A stretch of 64,000 nucleotides of DNA. Origin: Massilia sp. Lineage in GTDB: Bacteria; Pseudomonadota; Gammaproteobacteria; Burkholderiales; Burkholderiaceae_D. The number at the start of each line of letters is the position of its first letter. Position 1 is the stretch's first letter. The notes under the pieces were generated by a model. The model searched no databases. It was not told the DNA's origin and saw only the letters and a list, made by a program, of their open reading frames with translations. Positions 31,891 through 42,452 of this stretch are shown one piece after another. The stretch lies in assembly GCA_039649125.1 (NCBI GenBank), contig JBBWZO010000350.1, positions 973 through 64,972 on the forward strand, read 5' to 3'. Position numbers and translations under genes: made by a program.

Positions 31891-34800
31891 CTACACCCCC
31901 ACGCTCACCGCGCTGCTCCCGCCCCCCGTCGGCCGCACCTGGATCTTGGCCGCGATCCGCTCCGTCATCTCATGCACGTGCGAGATCACGCCGACCTTGC
32001 GGCCCATCGACTGCAGGGCGTCGAGGGCGTCCATCGCGATGCCGAGGGTGTCGCTGTCGAGCGATCCGAAGCCTTCGTCGATGAACAGCGACTCCACCCG
32101 CACCCGGTTCGACGACAGCGAAGCCAGGCCCAGGGCCAGCGCCAGCGAGACCAGGAAGGATTCGCCGCCCGAGAGCGAATTGACCGAGCGGATCTCGCCG
32201 CCCATGTCCTGGTCGCGCACCATCAGGCCGAGCGAGGGCGCGCCGGCATTGTCGACGCGTTCCAGGCGATAGCGCTTCGCCAGTTGCGCGAGGTGGCTGT
32301 TGGCGTAGCCGAGCAGCACGTCGAGCGTGAACTGCTGGGCGTAGTTGCGGAACTTCTTGCCGTCGGCCGAGCCGATCAGTTCCGACAGTCTGCCCCAGCG
32401 TGCCTCGATTGCCTGCTGGCGCTCGATCTCGGCCAGCATCGATTGCGCCTTGACGCGCCGCTCGTCGTCCTGGGCGGCCTGCAGGCGCAGGCTTGTTGCC
32501 CGTTCGTGCACGGCGCTGCGCTCTTCGCGTACCGCTTCCAGGGCGTCGGCCACGGCGACGCCGTCCTGCATGGCCCCATCCGGGGCGGCGCTTCCCTCGT
32601 GCAGGTCGCGCTGCGCGCTGCGCTCGGCCAGTACCGTGGCCGCCTTGGCCAGGGCCGCGTCGAGTTCGGCCAGCGCGGCACGTTCCTGGGTCCGCCAGGC
32701 GTCGCCGACCGCCAGCAGGCTGGCCAGCTGGGCCTGGCTTTCGACCGGTTCCAGCTCATCATGGTGGTTGGCATAGTCCTCGAGCCAGTCGGCCAGGCGG
32801 GCGGCCGCATCGCGGGCGTCGTCCAGCAGGGCGCCGATGCGCTCCTGGGCCTGGGCCAGCGTGCTGCGCACGCGCGTTTCGCGCTGGGCCGCTTCGCCGG
32901 CTGCCGTCTGGCGTCCGGCGAGCAGCTCGCGGGCGTTCGTCACGGCACGGCGCAGGACTTGTTCGACGTCGCCGACGGCGCGGCCTTCGAACAGGGCGGC
33001 GCGTGCCGCGCGCCGTTCGCCCAGTCCGGCCTCGCTGCGCGCAAAGGCTTCCTGCGCGGCTGCGGCGGCACTCGCCGCGTGCTCGGCGCGCACCGCCGCT
33101 TCACGCTGCGCCGCTTCCAGCGTGGCGAGCGCGGCGCGCTGTTCGGCCAGCTGCGTCGAGTGCGTCGTCCAGGTCTTCGCTTCCAGCGCGCGCGCCGCCT
33201 GCCACTGCGCCGGGTTGCGGCGCCACAGTGACTGCCAGCCGTCGCCGGACGATTCGGCGAGCACCGGGTCGAGTTCGACCAGCACCGCGTCCAGCGCGGC
33301 CCGCTCGCGCTCGCGCCGGGCGCTCAGCGTGGCGTGTTCGTTTTCCGCCGCGGCCAGGGCGCTGCGGGCGTTGTGGGCGGTCTCGCGCAGGCGCAGGTGT
33401 TCCGCGGTGGCAGCTTCGAAGGCCGCCTGGGCCGCCTCGCGTGCCTGGGCGGCGCGGCGCGCTTCCTGCTGGCGCGCCTCGACGGCGAGCAGGGCATCGC
33501 GCGCGGCGGCGATCTGCGCCTCGAACCATGGCTGGCGCTCGCCCGCGGGCGGCGCCTCCACCGATATCGGATTCGCGTCCCAGGCGGATTCCAGTTCGCC
33601 GAGGTCGGCGCCCAGGGCGGTGCGCTCCTCCGTGAGCGAGGCCAGCCGTTCGCCGCCTCCCTCCAGCTGGGCGCGGCGCGTGGCCTGTTCCGACAGGTTG
33701 CGCTCCACCTCGGCGCGGCGCTCGGCCACCTGGCCGCGCAGCAGCTCGAACACCGCATGCAGGCGCGCGTCCTGGTGGGCGTAGGGGTGGGCTTCGCTGC
33801 CGCAGACCGGGCAGGGCTCGCCCTCAACCAGCGTGCCGCGCAGCGCCTCGACATTGTCGGCGCAGGCCAGTTCGGCCGCGGCCAGCGCGTGCTCGGCCTG
33901 GGCGGCGGCCGCAGCCAACGCGGGCGCCGCGGCGACGGCGGCCGCCAGCCGGGCTTCAGCCGCCGTGCGCCCGGTGCGGCTGCGTTCGATCTCGGCATCG
34001 ATGCGCGCCAGGTGTTCGCGCGCCGTATGCAGGCCCTTGGCGAGGCGCACGGCGCCGGCGAGTTGTTCGCGCCGCGCTTCCCAGCGCCGGCGCTCGGCGT
34101 GCAGGGCATCGGGATCGACGCCGGCCAGCGCCGTGGCCGCAGCCTGGCGCGCAGCATCGAGTTCGGCGATGCGCTTTGTTGCGCCTTCGGCGGCATCCAG
34201 CGCCGCCTGTGCGGTCGCGGCGGCGTTGACGCGGGCGCGGTCGGCCTTTGCCAGCGCGGCCACGCTTGCCTCCTCAAGCGTGGCGGCCTGCGCCGCCTGG
34301 GAGAACAGCTTGTCCCAGCGCGGCCACTGGCTGGCCAGTGCCTCGTGCCGGCTGTGCGCGGCAAGCCAGCCGGCGCTGCGCGTTTCCGCTTCGCGCGTCT
34401 GCGCCAGGCGCGCGCCGGCGTCGCCCAGCAGCGTGCGGGTGCGCGCCGCCTCCAGCGCGGTGTCGTCGCGCCGGGCGGCGAGCTGCGCATGGGCGTCGGC
34501 AAGCGTACCGATGGTCGCATCGAGCGCCTTGGCGGCATCGAGCTGGGCGGCGGCGTCCTGCTGCGCGGCTTCGGCCGCTTCCAGCGCCAGGGTAGCGCCT
34601 TGCACTTCCTGCACGGCCTGGCGCGCCGCCTCGGCCGCGCGCGCGACTTCGCCCTGGCCGTTCGCGAGCGTCGCTTCCAGTTGGGCACGTTCGGCATCCA
34701 GGCGCGCCAGTTCCGCCATCAGCGGCCGCGCCGCCTGCACTGCCTCGAGCGTGGCAAGGCGGGTGCGGCGCCCGGCCGCGGCTTCGACCTGCTGCTGCGC

Positions 34801-35652
34801 GTCCTGCAGCAGGCTTTCCGCCTGTGCGACGCCCTGGCGCAGCCGTTCGCGTTCCTGGTGCCAGCGCAGCTGGGCCTCGAGCAGTGCGCGCCGGGTATCG
34901 ACCGCCTGCAGTGCGACCTCGGCGGCAGCGCGTTCGGCGTCGAGCGCCTCGCGCGCTTCCTGCGCCAGCGGCGCATGGTCGGCCAGGCGCGAGGTGAGGC
35001 GCTTGACCGCATCCTGTTCCTGCTTGTAGCGCTCGTAGGCGCGCTTCGAAATGAGGCTGTAGACGGCGCTGCCGGTCAGGGTTTCCAGCAGCTCGCCGCG
35101 CTCGTTCTCGTCGGTTTTCAGGAAGGCGGAAAATTCGTTCTGCGCCAGCAGCACCGAGCGCGTGAACTGCTCGAAGGAGAGGCCGATCCGCGCCGCGATC
35201 TCGGCCTGCGTTTCGGTCTTGGTGCTGCCCAGCGGCGCCAGTTCCGGCAGCCGGTGCAGGGTCATGTTCGATGCCTGCAGCAGGCCGCTGGCCTTGTTGC
35301 GCGAACGGCGCACGCTCCAGCGTGCGCGGTAGCGGATGCCGTCGTTGCCGACGAAGTCGACCTCGGCATGGCCCTCGGCGGCGCCTCGACGGAGCAAATT
35401 GCGCGCGTCGGTGGTGGAGACGGTGTCGCCGCCGGCGTCGGGCAGGGCGCCGCGGCTGCTCTTCAGCTGCAGGCGCGGCGTGTTGCCGTACAGCGCCAGG
35501 CAGAGGGCGTCGAGCAGGGTGCTTTTGCCGGCACCGGTCGGGCCGCAGATCGCGAACAGGCCGGACGAGGCCAGCGGCTCGCTCTCGAAATCGACGTTGA
35601 AGTCGTTCGCCAGGGAAGCCAGGTTGCGCCCGCTGATGCGCAGGATCCTCAT
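31891..35652 (-). CDS. sbcC: Exonuclease SbcCD subunit C
   Basis: GPTGAGKST, long coiled coil with CPVC hook, LSGGE, FIDEGFG. Confidence 0.96.
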   Translation of the reverse strand: MRILRISGRNLASLANDFNVDFESEPLASSGLFAICGPTGAGKSTLLDALCLALYGNTPRLQLKSSRGALPDAGGDTVSTTDARNLLRRGAAEGHAEVDFVGNDGIRYRARWSVRRSRNKASGLLQASNMTLHRLPELAPLGSTKTETQAEIAARIGLSFEQFTRSVLLAQNEFSAFLKTDENERGELLETLTGSAVYSLISKRAYERYKQEQDAVKRLTSRLADHAPLAQEAREALDAERAAAEVALQAVDTRRALLEAQLRWHQERERLRQGVAQAESLLQDAQQQVEAAAGRRTRLATLEAVQAARPLMAELARLDAERAQLEATLANGQGEVARAAEAARQAVQEVQGATLALEAAEAAQQDAAAQLDAAKALDATIGTLADAHAQLAARRDDTALEAARTRTLLGDAGARLAQTREAETRSAGWLAAHSRHEALASQWPRWDKLFSQAAQAATLEEASVAALAKADRARVNAAATAQAALDAAEGATKRIAELDAARQAAATALAGVDPDALHAERRRWEARREQLAGAVRLAKGLHTAREHLARIDAEIERSRTGRTAAEARLAAAVAAAPALAAAAAQAEHALAAAELACADNVEALRGTLVEGEPCPVCGSEAHPYAHQDARLHAVFELLRGQVAERRAEVERNLSEQATRRAQLEGGGERLASLTEERTALGADLGELESAWDANPISVEAPPAGERQPWFEAQIAAARDALLAVEARQQEARRAAQAREAAQAAFEAATAEHLRLRETAHNARSALAAAENEHATLSARRERERAALDAVLVELDPVLAESSGDGWQSLWRRNPAQWQAARALEAKTWTTHSTQLAEQRAALATLEAAQREAAVRAEHAASAAAAAQEAFARSEAGLGERRAARAALFEGRAVGDVEQVLRRAVTNARELLAGRQTAAGEAAQRETRVRSTLAQAQERIGALLDDARDAAARLADWLEDYANHHDELEPVESQAQLASLLAVGDAWRTQERAALAELDAALAKAATVLAERSAQRDLHEGSAAPDGAMQDGVAVADALEAVREERSAVHERATSLRLQAAQDDERRVKAQSMLAEIERQQAIEARWGRLSELIGSADGKKFRNYAQQFTLDVLLGYANSHLAQLAKRYRLERVDNAGAPSLGLMVRDQDMGGEIRSVNSLSGGESFLVSLALALGLASLSSNRVRVESLFIDEGFGSLDSDTLGIAMDALDALQSMGRKVGVISHVHEMTERIAAKIQVRPTGGGSSAVSVGV

Positions 35653-36890
35653 GCCGCCTCCCCATTGTCGCCAAACAATAGTTCATTGAATGCAGACAAT
35701 TGTTCATCCGGCGCCTCTTCGCCGAAGCGCTGCTGCCACAGGCGGCGGAAGATGTCGTCCGGCTGCAGCTGGGCCAGCTGGTCGAGCGTCAGCGCGCCTT
35801 CGCCCTCGACTGACGCCACAAGCTTGCGCGTCGGTTCGATCTTCGCCAGGCGCACGGGCTTGTTCGCGATCACCGCCTCGATCTGGGCGCGCAGGCCCGG
35901 CTCCGGACCGTCGAGCAGCACCCGCACTTCGAGGTAGGGCCGGCATTGCGGCGGCAGGTCGTCGTCCAGCTCCAGCGCTTCGAGCGCGGCCAGCACCTCG
36001 GGCAGCGGCGCCGGCTTGGACGGCACCCGCAGCAGCTCGACCGCGCGCGGCACGTGCAGCGGCGTGACCTCGCGCGCCACTGCGCCGTCGAGGTCGATGC
36101 GCAGCACCTGGTGCTGGTAATCCACTTCAGCAAACGACAAGGGCAGGGGACTGCCGCAGTAGCGCAGGTGTTCCTTCTTGCCGACGCGCTGGGCCAGGTG
36201 CAGGTGGCCGAGGGCGGCGTAGGCGATGTCGGGATCGAACATCGAGGCCGGCAGCGCCTCGGTGCCGCCGATCACGATGCGGCGCTCGGAGTCGATCGAG
36301 GACTGCCCATCGACCATGTGGCAGTGGCCCATGGCCAGGATCGCCTGGCCTTGCTCGCGCCGCGCCTGCGCCAGCTGGAAGGCTTGCCGGTAGAGCAGGA
36401 CGATGCCGTTCAGGTAGGCGTCGCCTTCGACGTCCGCTTTCGGCACATCGCCCGGACGCAGGAAGGGGATGCCCAGGCACCAGGCCTTGATCTCGCCCGC
36501 CTTGTTGCGCAGCGGCACCACCAGTCGTTCGAGGTCGATGGCGCCGTCGCGGTCGCGCACCACGTTGCCGATCACGATCGTGCCGTGCGCTTCCAGCAGC
36601 GGGCCCGGCGCCTCCAGCCGGCCCGGCGAATCGTGGTTGCCCGCAATCACGACGATCTGCAAATGCGGCGTGCGCGCCCTGGCCCGCTGCAGGAAGCGGT
36701 AGAGCTGGCGCTGGGCGGCGGACGACGGATTGGCGTTGTCGAAGATGTCGCCGGCGATCAGCAGGGCGTCGGCTTCCTCGGCCACGATGGTATCGAGCAG
36801 CCAGTCGAGGAAGCACTCGTGCTCGTAGGTCCGGTCGTAATTGTGCAGGGTCTGGCCGAGGTGCCAGTCGGAAGTGTGCAACAGCCGCAT
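35649..36890 (-). CDS. sbcD: Exonuclease SbcCD subunit D
   Basis: HTSDWHLG, AGDIFD, GNHDS, LGHLH; 4-nt overlap with sbcC. Confidence 0.96.
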   Translation of the reverse strand: MRLLHTSDWHLGQTLHNYDRTYEHECFLDWLLDTIVAEEADALLIAGDIFDNANPSSAAQRQLYRFLQRARARTPHLQIVVIAGNHDSPGRLEAPGPLLEAHGTIVIGNVVRDRDGAIDLERLVVPLRNKAGEIKAWCLGIPFLRPGDVPKADVEGDAYLNGIVLLYRQAFQLAQARREQGQAILAMGHCHMVDGQSSIDSERRIVIGGTEALPASMFDPDIAYAALGHLHLAQRVGKKEHLRYCGSPLPLSFAEVDYQHQVLRIDLDGAVAREVTPLHVPRAVELLRVPSKPAPLPEVLAALEALELDDDLPPQCRPYLEVRVLLDGPEPGLRAQIEAVIANKPVRLAKIEPTRKLVASVEGEGALTLDQLAQLQPDDIFRRLWQQRFGEEAPDEQLSAFNELLFGDNGEAA

Positions 36891-37024
36891 GGGAATCGGG
36901 TACCGGGGAAGTAAGTGGGGAAGTAAGTGGAGAGTCGGCACGCACTATAACGCAGCCGTGCTGCGGCTTCAAAAAAATCCGGCGACTATGCAGTCTGTTG
37001 CAAAAAATACATTAAGATGGTTGC

Positions 37025-38338
37025 ATGAATGAATTGCACCCTCCGTTGCATCCTCCGTTACACCCGCAGTTGCATCTTCCTATCGCCGCCGCCCGCGCCC
37101 TGCACCTGGCGGCCCAGGGGCTGTTGCAGCCGCGCCGGCGCCGTCCCGTGAAGGCCGACGTGCTGGATACCGTCCGCCGCATCGGCCTGTTGCAAATCGA
37201 CACAATCAACGTCGTGGCGCGCAGTCCCTATTTCGTGTTGTGGAGCCGCCTTGGCGGCTATACCCCCGCATGGCTCGACGAGCTGCTGGCCGAAGGGCAT
37301 CTCTTCGAGTACTGGGCGCACGAAGCCTGCTTCATCCCGCGCGAGGACTATGGCCTGTACCGCCACCGCATGCTCGATCCGGCCGCCATGGGCTGGAAAT
37401 ACTCCGCCAACTGGATGCGCGAACGGGCCGGCGAGGTGGCGGCGCTGCTGGCCCATATCCGCACCAGGGGGCCGGTGCGTTCGTCGGACTTCGAGCGCAG
37501 CGACGGCAAGGCCGTCGCCAAGGCGGAAGGCTGGTGGGAGTGGAAGCCGGAAAAGCGCTCGCTCGAAGTGCTGTTCACCTCGGGTGCGCTGATGATCGCG
37601 CGCCGCCACAATTTCCAGCGCGTGTACGACCTGGCCGAACGCGTGCACCCCGGCTGGGACGACGCCCAACTGCCTTCCTTGCCCGAGGTGCGCCGGCGCT
37701 TCGTGCTGCAGGCGGTAAAGGCGCTGGGCATCGCGCGCGCCGGCTGGATTCCCGATTACCATCGCACCCGCCGCCCGCACGTCGACCCGGCGGCGCTGGC
37801 GGAAGATGGCCTGCTGCTGCGCGCCCGCGTGGAAGGCTGGGACGACCCCGTCTACATCCATCCGGACCACGCCGGGCTGGCGCAGGCCGCCGCGGCCGGC
37901 AGCCTGGCCCCGACCCTGACGACCATCCTTTCTCCCTTCGATCCGGTGGTGTGGGACCGGCGCCGCGCACTCGAGCTGTTCGGCTTCGACTACCGGCTCG
38001 AATGCTATACGCCGGCACCGAAGCGGCGCTACGGCTACTTCACGCTGCCCCTGCTGCGGCGCGGGCAGCTGGTCGGGCGCGTCGACGCCAAGGCGCACCG
38101 GCGCAGCGGCGTATTCGAACTCAAGGCCGTGTTCATCGAGCCGGGTGTGCGCGTGAGCGAGGCGCTGCTGCGCGACCTCGCCCAGGCCCTGCTGCGCTGC
38201 GCGCGCTGGCACGGCTGTCCCGACGTACAGGTCGGCCGTACCGAGCCGGCGGAAGTGGCCCCGCGGCTGGCACAGGCCCTGCATCCATCTCCTCCTTACG
38301 TCGTCCCGGCGCCAACGCACGACCCCGAAGTCGGTTGA
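37025..38338 (+). CDS. ycaQ: YcaQ/AlkZ-family winged-helix DNA glycosylase
   Basis: LQIDTINVVARS (QxD), LFEYWAH, LSPFDP, FDYRLECYTP..KR.YGY. Confidence 0.9.
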   Translation: MNELHPPLHPPLHPQLHLPIAAARALHLAAQGLLQPRRRRPVKADVLDTVRRIGLLQIDTINVVARSPYFVLWSRLGGYTPAWLDELLAEGHLFEYWAHEACFIPREDYGLYRHRMLDPAAMGWKYSANWMRERAGEVAALLAHIRTRGPVRSSDFERSDGKAVAKAEGWWEWKPEKRSLEVLFTSGALMIARRHNFQRVYDLAERVHPGWDDAQLPSLPEVRRRFVLQAVKALGIARAGWIPDYHRTRRPHVDPAALAEDGLLLRARVEGWDDPVYIHPDHAGLAQAAAAGSLAPTLTTILSPFDPVVWDRRRALELFGFDYRLECYTPAPKRRYGYFTLPLLRRGQLVGRVDAKAHRRSGVFELKAVFIEPGVRVSEALLRDLAQALLRCARWHGCPDVQVGRTEPAEVAPRLAQALHPSPPYVVPAPTHDPEVG

Positions 38339-38367
38339 CCGCCGCCGCCGCGGCCCGTCCCCAGAGT

Positions 38368-38408
38368 TTGCGCCAGATCAAACCCGGCCTGCCAGCGCTC
38401 CCTAAACT
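38368..38408 (+). promoter_or_regulatory. FNR/CRP-family box with downstream -10 element
   Basis: TTGCG-CCAG-ATCAA (FNR consensus TTGAT-N4-ATCAA) with TAAACT at class II spacing. Confidence 0.55.
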
Positions 38409-38535
38409 ACTAGTTCTTTCGGGCTGAAGAGTAGAAAAACAGACAACCAGCCTGTCCAAAAAACCAGTATGTCCAGCCAGGCCGCGTTGTTCTGCGGAGC
38501 ATGCGCCTGCGTTGACGACGTCGAGAGGAGACCGA

Positions 38536-39126
38536 ATGCTTACCGCGACCTATACGCTCGTTGCGCTTTCCGTTGAGCAAACAAACATGCGTGTCAGCCT
38601 GCATGCCGTCCAGCAACTCGTGCAAAAAGGCTACATGCGCCAGAGTGCGCTGACGGCTGGCCAGGCCGAATATGTCTGCGATACGCTGCGCCGGCTCCAC
38701 GAACAATGCCATCGCCGCAAGCTCGACAAGTTCCTGTTGCCGGCGCTGCGCCGGGCCGGGGCCGGGGCCAACCCGCTCCTGTGCGAGCTCGACATGCTCA
38801 GCCGCAATGCGGCCGAGGCACTGGAAACGGCTTGCGCCCTGCTGCACGAAGGCGTCGACAACGAGGAGCAGGTGGATGCCTTCTGCCTCGCGGTCGAGCG
38901 CTTCTGTTCGGCATTGACGCTGCGTTTCGAGCGCGAGGAGCGCGAGCTGTTCCCGATCGCGCGTGCCGCCATTGCCGTCGATGCCTGGTTTGCGGTGGCC
39001 CACCAGATGCTCGCCCACGATGCCTACGTCGAGGAACACCGGGGCCGGCCGGCGCCCCCGGCGAGCCGCGCCGCGCGTGCCGAGCATGCGCATCGGAAAG
39101 GGCCGCCGGTGAGCTTCGCGCACTGA
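38536..39126 (+). CDS. Degenerate hemerythrin-like domain protein
   Basis: CHRRKLDKFLLPAL and FEREERELFP resemble H..EE..LFP hemerythrin repeats; GAGGAG RBS. Confidence 0.7.
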   Translation: MLTATYTLVALSVEQTNMRVSLHAVQQLVQKGYMRQSALTAGQAEYVCDTLRRLHEQCHRRKLDKFLLPALRRAGAGANPLLCELDMLSRNAAEALETACALLHEGVDNEEQVDAFCLAVERFCSALTLRFEREERELFPIARAAIAVDAWFAVAHQMLAHDAYVEEHRGRPAPPASRAARAEHAHRKGPPVSFAH

Positions 39127-39239
39127 GGCCCTCATCGAGGCCATGAGCGATGCCGTGAGTGCGCGCATCTGCCGGGTGCGCCAGGAAAAGCCGCCATCGT
39201 TCTTTGCTATGATGGAGGTTTTGGAAGTGCGACTTCATC

Positions 39240-41987
39240 ATGTTCGAATTCCTATTCAAGCGTCAGGGCGACAAGGGCAGCGGCAAGCGGGACGGTAAGC
39301 CGGCGGCACAGACCGCGGCGGCGGCCGATGCCGCGCCCGCAGGCGGGACGAAGCAGGACGGCGGCAAGCGGGGCGACGGCGCTACTGTTGCTGCGGGCGG
39401 TCAGGCGTCTGCGCGCCCGGCAAAAGCGGGACGCGAGCAGCAGGCCGAGCAGCTCAAGGGGCTCGGCGGCGATGAAGCACGCGCGGTCGACTTCATCCTC
39501 GCCTGCGAATACTCCGAATTGCGCCTGGCCGCGGCCGAACTCGTGCACGGCCGCGCCGCCCTCGAGCGCGTGCACACGGCGATGCGCAACATCGACCGCC
39601 GTGTCGCCAAACTGACGCAGTCGCGCCTCGACGCCATCCGCCACCACGAAGCCGAACTGGCGCGCGGCCAGACCACGCTCGAGCTTGCGCGCACGCTGCT
39701 GCAGGACGAACACCTGACGCCGAACCAGGTCGCCGATCTCGACCGCAAATGGTCGGTCATCGCCGCGCCGGAACTGGCCGAACAGTTCGCGCCGGTGCGC
39801 GCCGCGCTCGCCGCCCGCCTGGAAGCGCAGGTGCAATTGCAGCGCGCCATGATCGACCGCCTCGCCGCGCTGCGCCGCCTCGAGACGGCCGGGCTCAACG
39901 CGGCCGAGCTGGCCGCCAGCCTGGAACGCATGGCACAGGAACAGGCGGCCGCGCTGGCGGACCCGGAGCGGATTTCCCTGCCGCGCGCGCTGGTGGCCGA
40001 ATTCGCCGCCGAGCATGCACGCCTGAGCGCCGTGCTGGCGGCGCTGGAAGGGGCGCAGGCGGCGCTGGCCGCGCGCGAGGCCCTGCTGACCGAATGGCAG
40101 GGACAACCGGTGGAGGAGCTGCACGCGGACGCCCTGCGCAAGGCCTGGCAGAAGTTGCCTGCCGTGCCGGAAGGCCCGCAAGCCGCGGACCTGCAGGTAC
40201 GTTTCGACGCCTTGCTGGCCGGATTGCCGCAGCCGGTGCGCAAGCCCGTGCCGGCGGCACACGGCGGGGCGCCGGCCGCTGCGGGTGAGGGTGGGGGCGA
40301 CGCGCCCGGGCCGGGTGCCGTGGACGGGGCCGGCCCGCATGCGGCGGAACAGCGTCCGGCCCAGGCCAGGCCGCCACGGGGGGCCGACCAGGCCTTCCTC
40401 GACACGATGGACGCCCTCGAAGCCGCGTTGCAGCAGGGCTCGCTCGCCCACGCCGCCGAACTCGACAAGGCGCTGAAGGAAACCAAGGGCAAGGGCATGC
40501 GCCTGAGCGCCCCGCAGGCCGACCGCCTGGCCCACCTGCGCGCCGAACTCAAGCGCCTGTCGGACTGGGCGCGCTGGGGCGGCAACGTCTCGCGAGAAGA
40601 ACTGATCAAGACCGTGGAAGCGCTGCCGACCCAGAACCTGGCGATGGCCGAGCTGGCGAAGAAGGTCGGCAGCATGCGCGAGCGCTGGAAGGCGCTCGAC
40701 AGCCTGTCCGGCGCCGCCCCGAAGAGCCTGTGGGAACGTTTCGACCATGCCTGCACCGTCGCCTACGCGCCGGCCGCCGCCCATTTCAAGCACCTGGCCG
40801 ACGAGCGCCACGCGAATGCCGCACGCGGCGAGGCGCTGGTGCAGGAGGCCAATGCCGAGATCGCGCGCCTGCAGGCGGGGGAGGCCGACTGGAAGCATGT
40901 CGCCGGCACCGTGCAGAAACTGCGCCTGGCCTGGAGCCACCTGGGCGCCATCGACCGCAAGGACAAGAAGCGCCTCGACCAGCAATTCGCCGCCGCGCTC
41001 ACCACGCTGCAGGGACCGCTGGAAGAACAGCGCAAGATGGAGGTGAGCGGGCGCGAGGAACTCATCGACGAGGTCGCCGCGCTCGACCCGCACGACCGCC
41101 ACGCCATCGACCACCTGCGCGACATCCAGGCGCGCTGGCAGGAGCATGCGCGCGCGCTGCCGCTCGAGCGCAAGGCCGAGCAGGCGCTGTGGCAGCGCTT
41201 CCGCGCCGAATGCGACAAGCTGTTCGCGCGGCGCAAGGAAACCGCGCACGCGGCCGACATCGAGCGCCGCGCCCACGAAGCGGCCAAGGAAGCGATCAGC
41301 GCCCGCCTGGAAGCGGCGGCGCCCGATGCCACCCCGGCCACCGCCGGCAAGCTGCTGCGCGAGGCCGCCGCCGAGTGGCACGCCATCGGCCCGGTGCCGC
41401 GCGCCCATGATGCGCGCGTCGAGAAGCGCTACCACGAGGCGGTGGCGAAGGTGCAGCACCACGCCGACCTGGCGCGCCGCGCCGCCGGCCTGGCGCTGGC
41501 CGCCGCCCTGCGCGACAAAGTGCGGGCCTGCCAGGAACTGGAGTCCTCGCTGGCCGACCCTGGCCAGCAGGTATCCGGCACCGACTGGCGCCAGCGCTGG
41601 GAAGCGCTGCTGCCGGCCGGCGCCGACTACGACGCCGTGCTCGACGCCCGTTTCACGGCGGCCCTGAACGCACTGGACGGCGACCGCGCGGGCTACGCCG
41701 CCCTGCTCGAAGCGAACCGCGCGACCCTGCTCGCCGAACTGCTGCGCCAGGAAGTGGCGGTCGGCATCGACAGCGGCGCGGAATTCGCGCGCGACCGCCT
41801 CAAGCTGCAGGTCGAGGCCTTGCAGTCGACCCTGAAGGCCGGAACCGGAAAACAGCACCGCGAGCACGGCGCGGGCGGGCGCCAGACGGCGCTGCATGCC
41901 CTGTGCGCGCTGCCGGCGCTGGTGGACGAACGCACCGCCATGCGCATCGACCAGCTCGTGATGCGCACGGCGCAGGGGGCGAAATGA
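39240..41987 (+). CDS. DUF349 domain helical-repeat protein
   Basis: Repeated W...G......LW.RF...C units. Confidence 0.85.
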   Translation: MFEFLFKRQGDKGSGKRDGKPAAQTAAAADAAPAGGTKQDGGKRGDGATVAAGGQASARPAKAGREQQAEQLKGLGGDEARAVDFILACEYSELRLAAAELVHGRAALERVHTAMRNIDRRVAKLTQSRLDAIRHHEAELARGQTTLELARTLLQDEHLTPNQVADLDRKWSVIAAPELAEQFAPVRAALAARLEAQVQLQRAMIDRLAALRRLETAGLNAAELAASLERMAQEQAAALADPERISLPRALVAEFAAEHARLSAVLAALEGAQAALAAREALLTEWQGQPVEELHADALRKAWQKLPAVPEGPQAADLQVRFDALLAGLPQPVRKPVPAAHGGAPAAAGEGGGDAPGPGAVDGAGPHAAEQRPAQARPPRGADQAFLDTMDALEAALQQGSLAHAAELDKALKETKGKGMRLSAPQADRLAHLRAELKRLSDWARWGGNVSREELIKTVEALPTQNLAMAELAKKVGSMRERWKALDSLSGAAPKSLWERFDHACTVAYAPAAAHFKHLADERHANAARGEALVQEANAEIARLQAGEADWKHVAGTVQKLRLAWSHLGAIDRKDKKRLDQQFAAALTTLQGPLEEQRKMEVSGREELIDEVAALDPHDRHAIDHLRDIQARWQEHARALPLERKAEQALWQRFRAECDKLFARRKETAHAADIERRAHEAAKEAISARLEAAAPDATPATAGKLLREAAAEWHAIGPVPRAHDARVEKRYHEAVAKVQHHADLARRAAGLALAAALRDKVRACQELESSLADPGQQVSGTDWRQRWEALLPAGADYDAVLDARFTAALNALDGDRAGYAALLEANRATLLAELLRQEVAVGIDSGAEFARDRLKLQVEALQSTLKAGTGKQHREHGAGGRQTALHALCALPALVDERTAMRIDQLVMRTAQGAK

Positions 41988-42442
41988 GCGTGGTGCGCGT
42001 ACAGAGCGGGGACTTCGACCTCGGGCAGGAACTGGCGCGCCTGCGCGAGGGCGACGCCCGCGTCGGCGCCGTCGTGTCTTTTGTGGGCACCGTGCGCGAC
42101 ATGAACGAGGGCGCCAGCGTGTCCGAGCTGGAGCTGGAGCATTACCCCGGCATGACCGAGCGCGCCCTGGAGGACATCGTCGAGCAGGCGAAAGTGCGCT
42201 GGCCGCTCTACAACGCCCGCGTGATCCACCGGGTCGGCCCGATGGCGCCGATGGAGCAGATCGTGCTGGTCGCCGTCAGCGCGGCCCACCGCGGCGAAGC
42301 CTTTGCCGCCTGTGAATTCATCATCGACTACCTCAAGACGGACGCCCCGTTCTGGAAGAAGGAACAGACCCCGGAAGGGGCACGCTGGGTCGACGCCCGC
42401 CTGTCGGACGACAGCGCCAAGGCCAAGTGGTCGGCGGCTTGA
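41984..42442 (+). CDS. moaE: Molybdopterin synthase large subunit
   Basis: LEHYPGMTE, IHRVG, AHRGEAF, APFWKKE. Confidence 0.97.
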   Translation: MSVVRVQSGDFDLGQELARLREGDARVGAVVSFVGTVRDMNEGASVSELELEHYPGMTERALEDIVEQAKVRWPLYNARVIHRVGPMAPMEQIVLVAVSAAHRGEAFAACEFIIDYLKTDAPFWKKEQTPEGARWVDARLSDDSAKAKWSAA

Positions 42443-42452
42443 GGACCCGGGC

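Noticed and set aside
31891-36890. SMC-type anti-phage or anti-plasmid system (Wadjet or Lamassu)
   Set aside because: Canonical SbcD phosphoesterase plus zinc-hook SbcC; no partner effector genes
42400-42452. Fluoride riboswitch upstream of crcB
   Set aside because: Only 10 nt separate moaE and crcB, and no riboswitch-like motif was recognised
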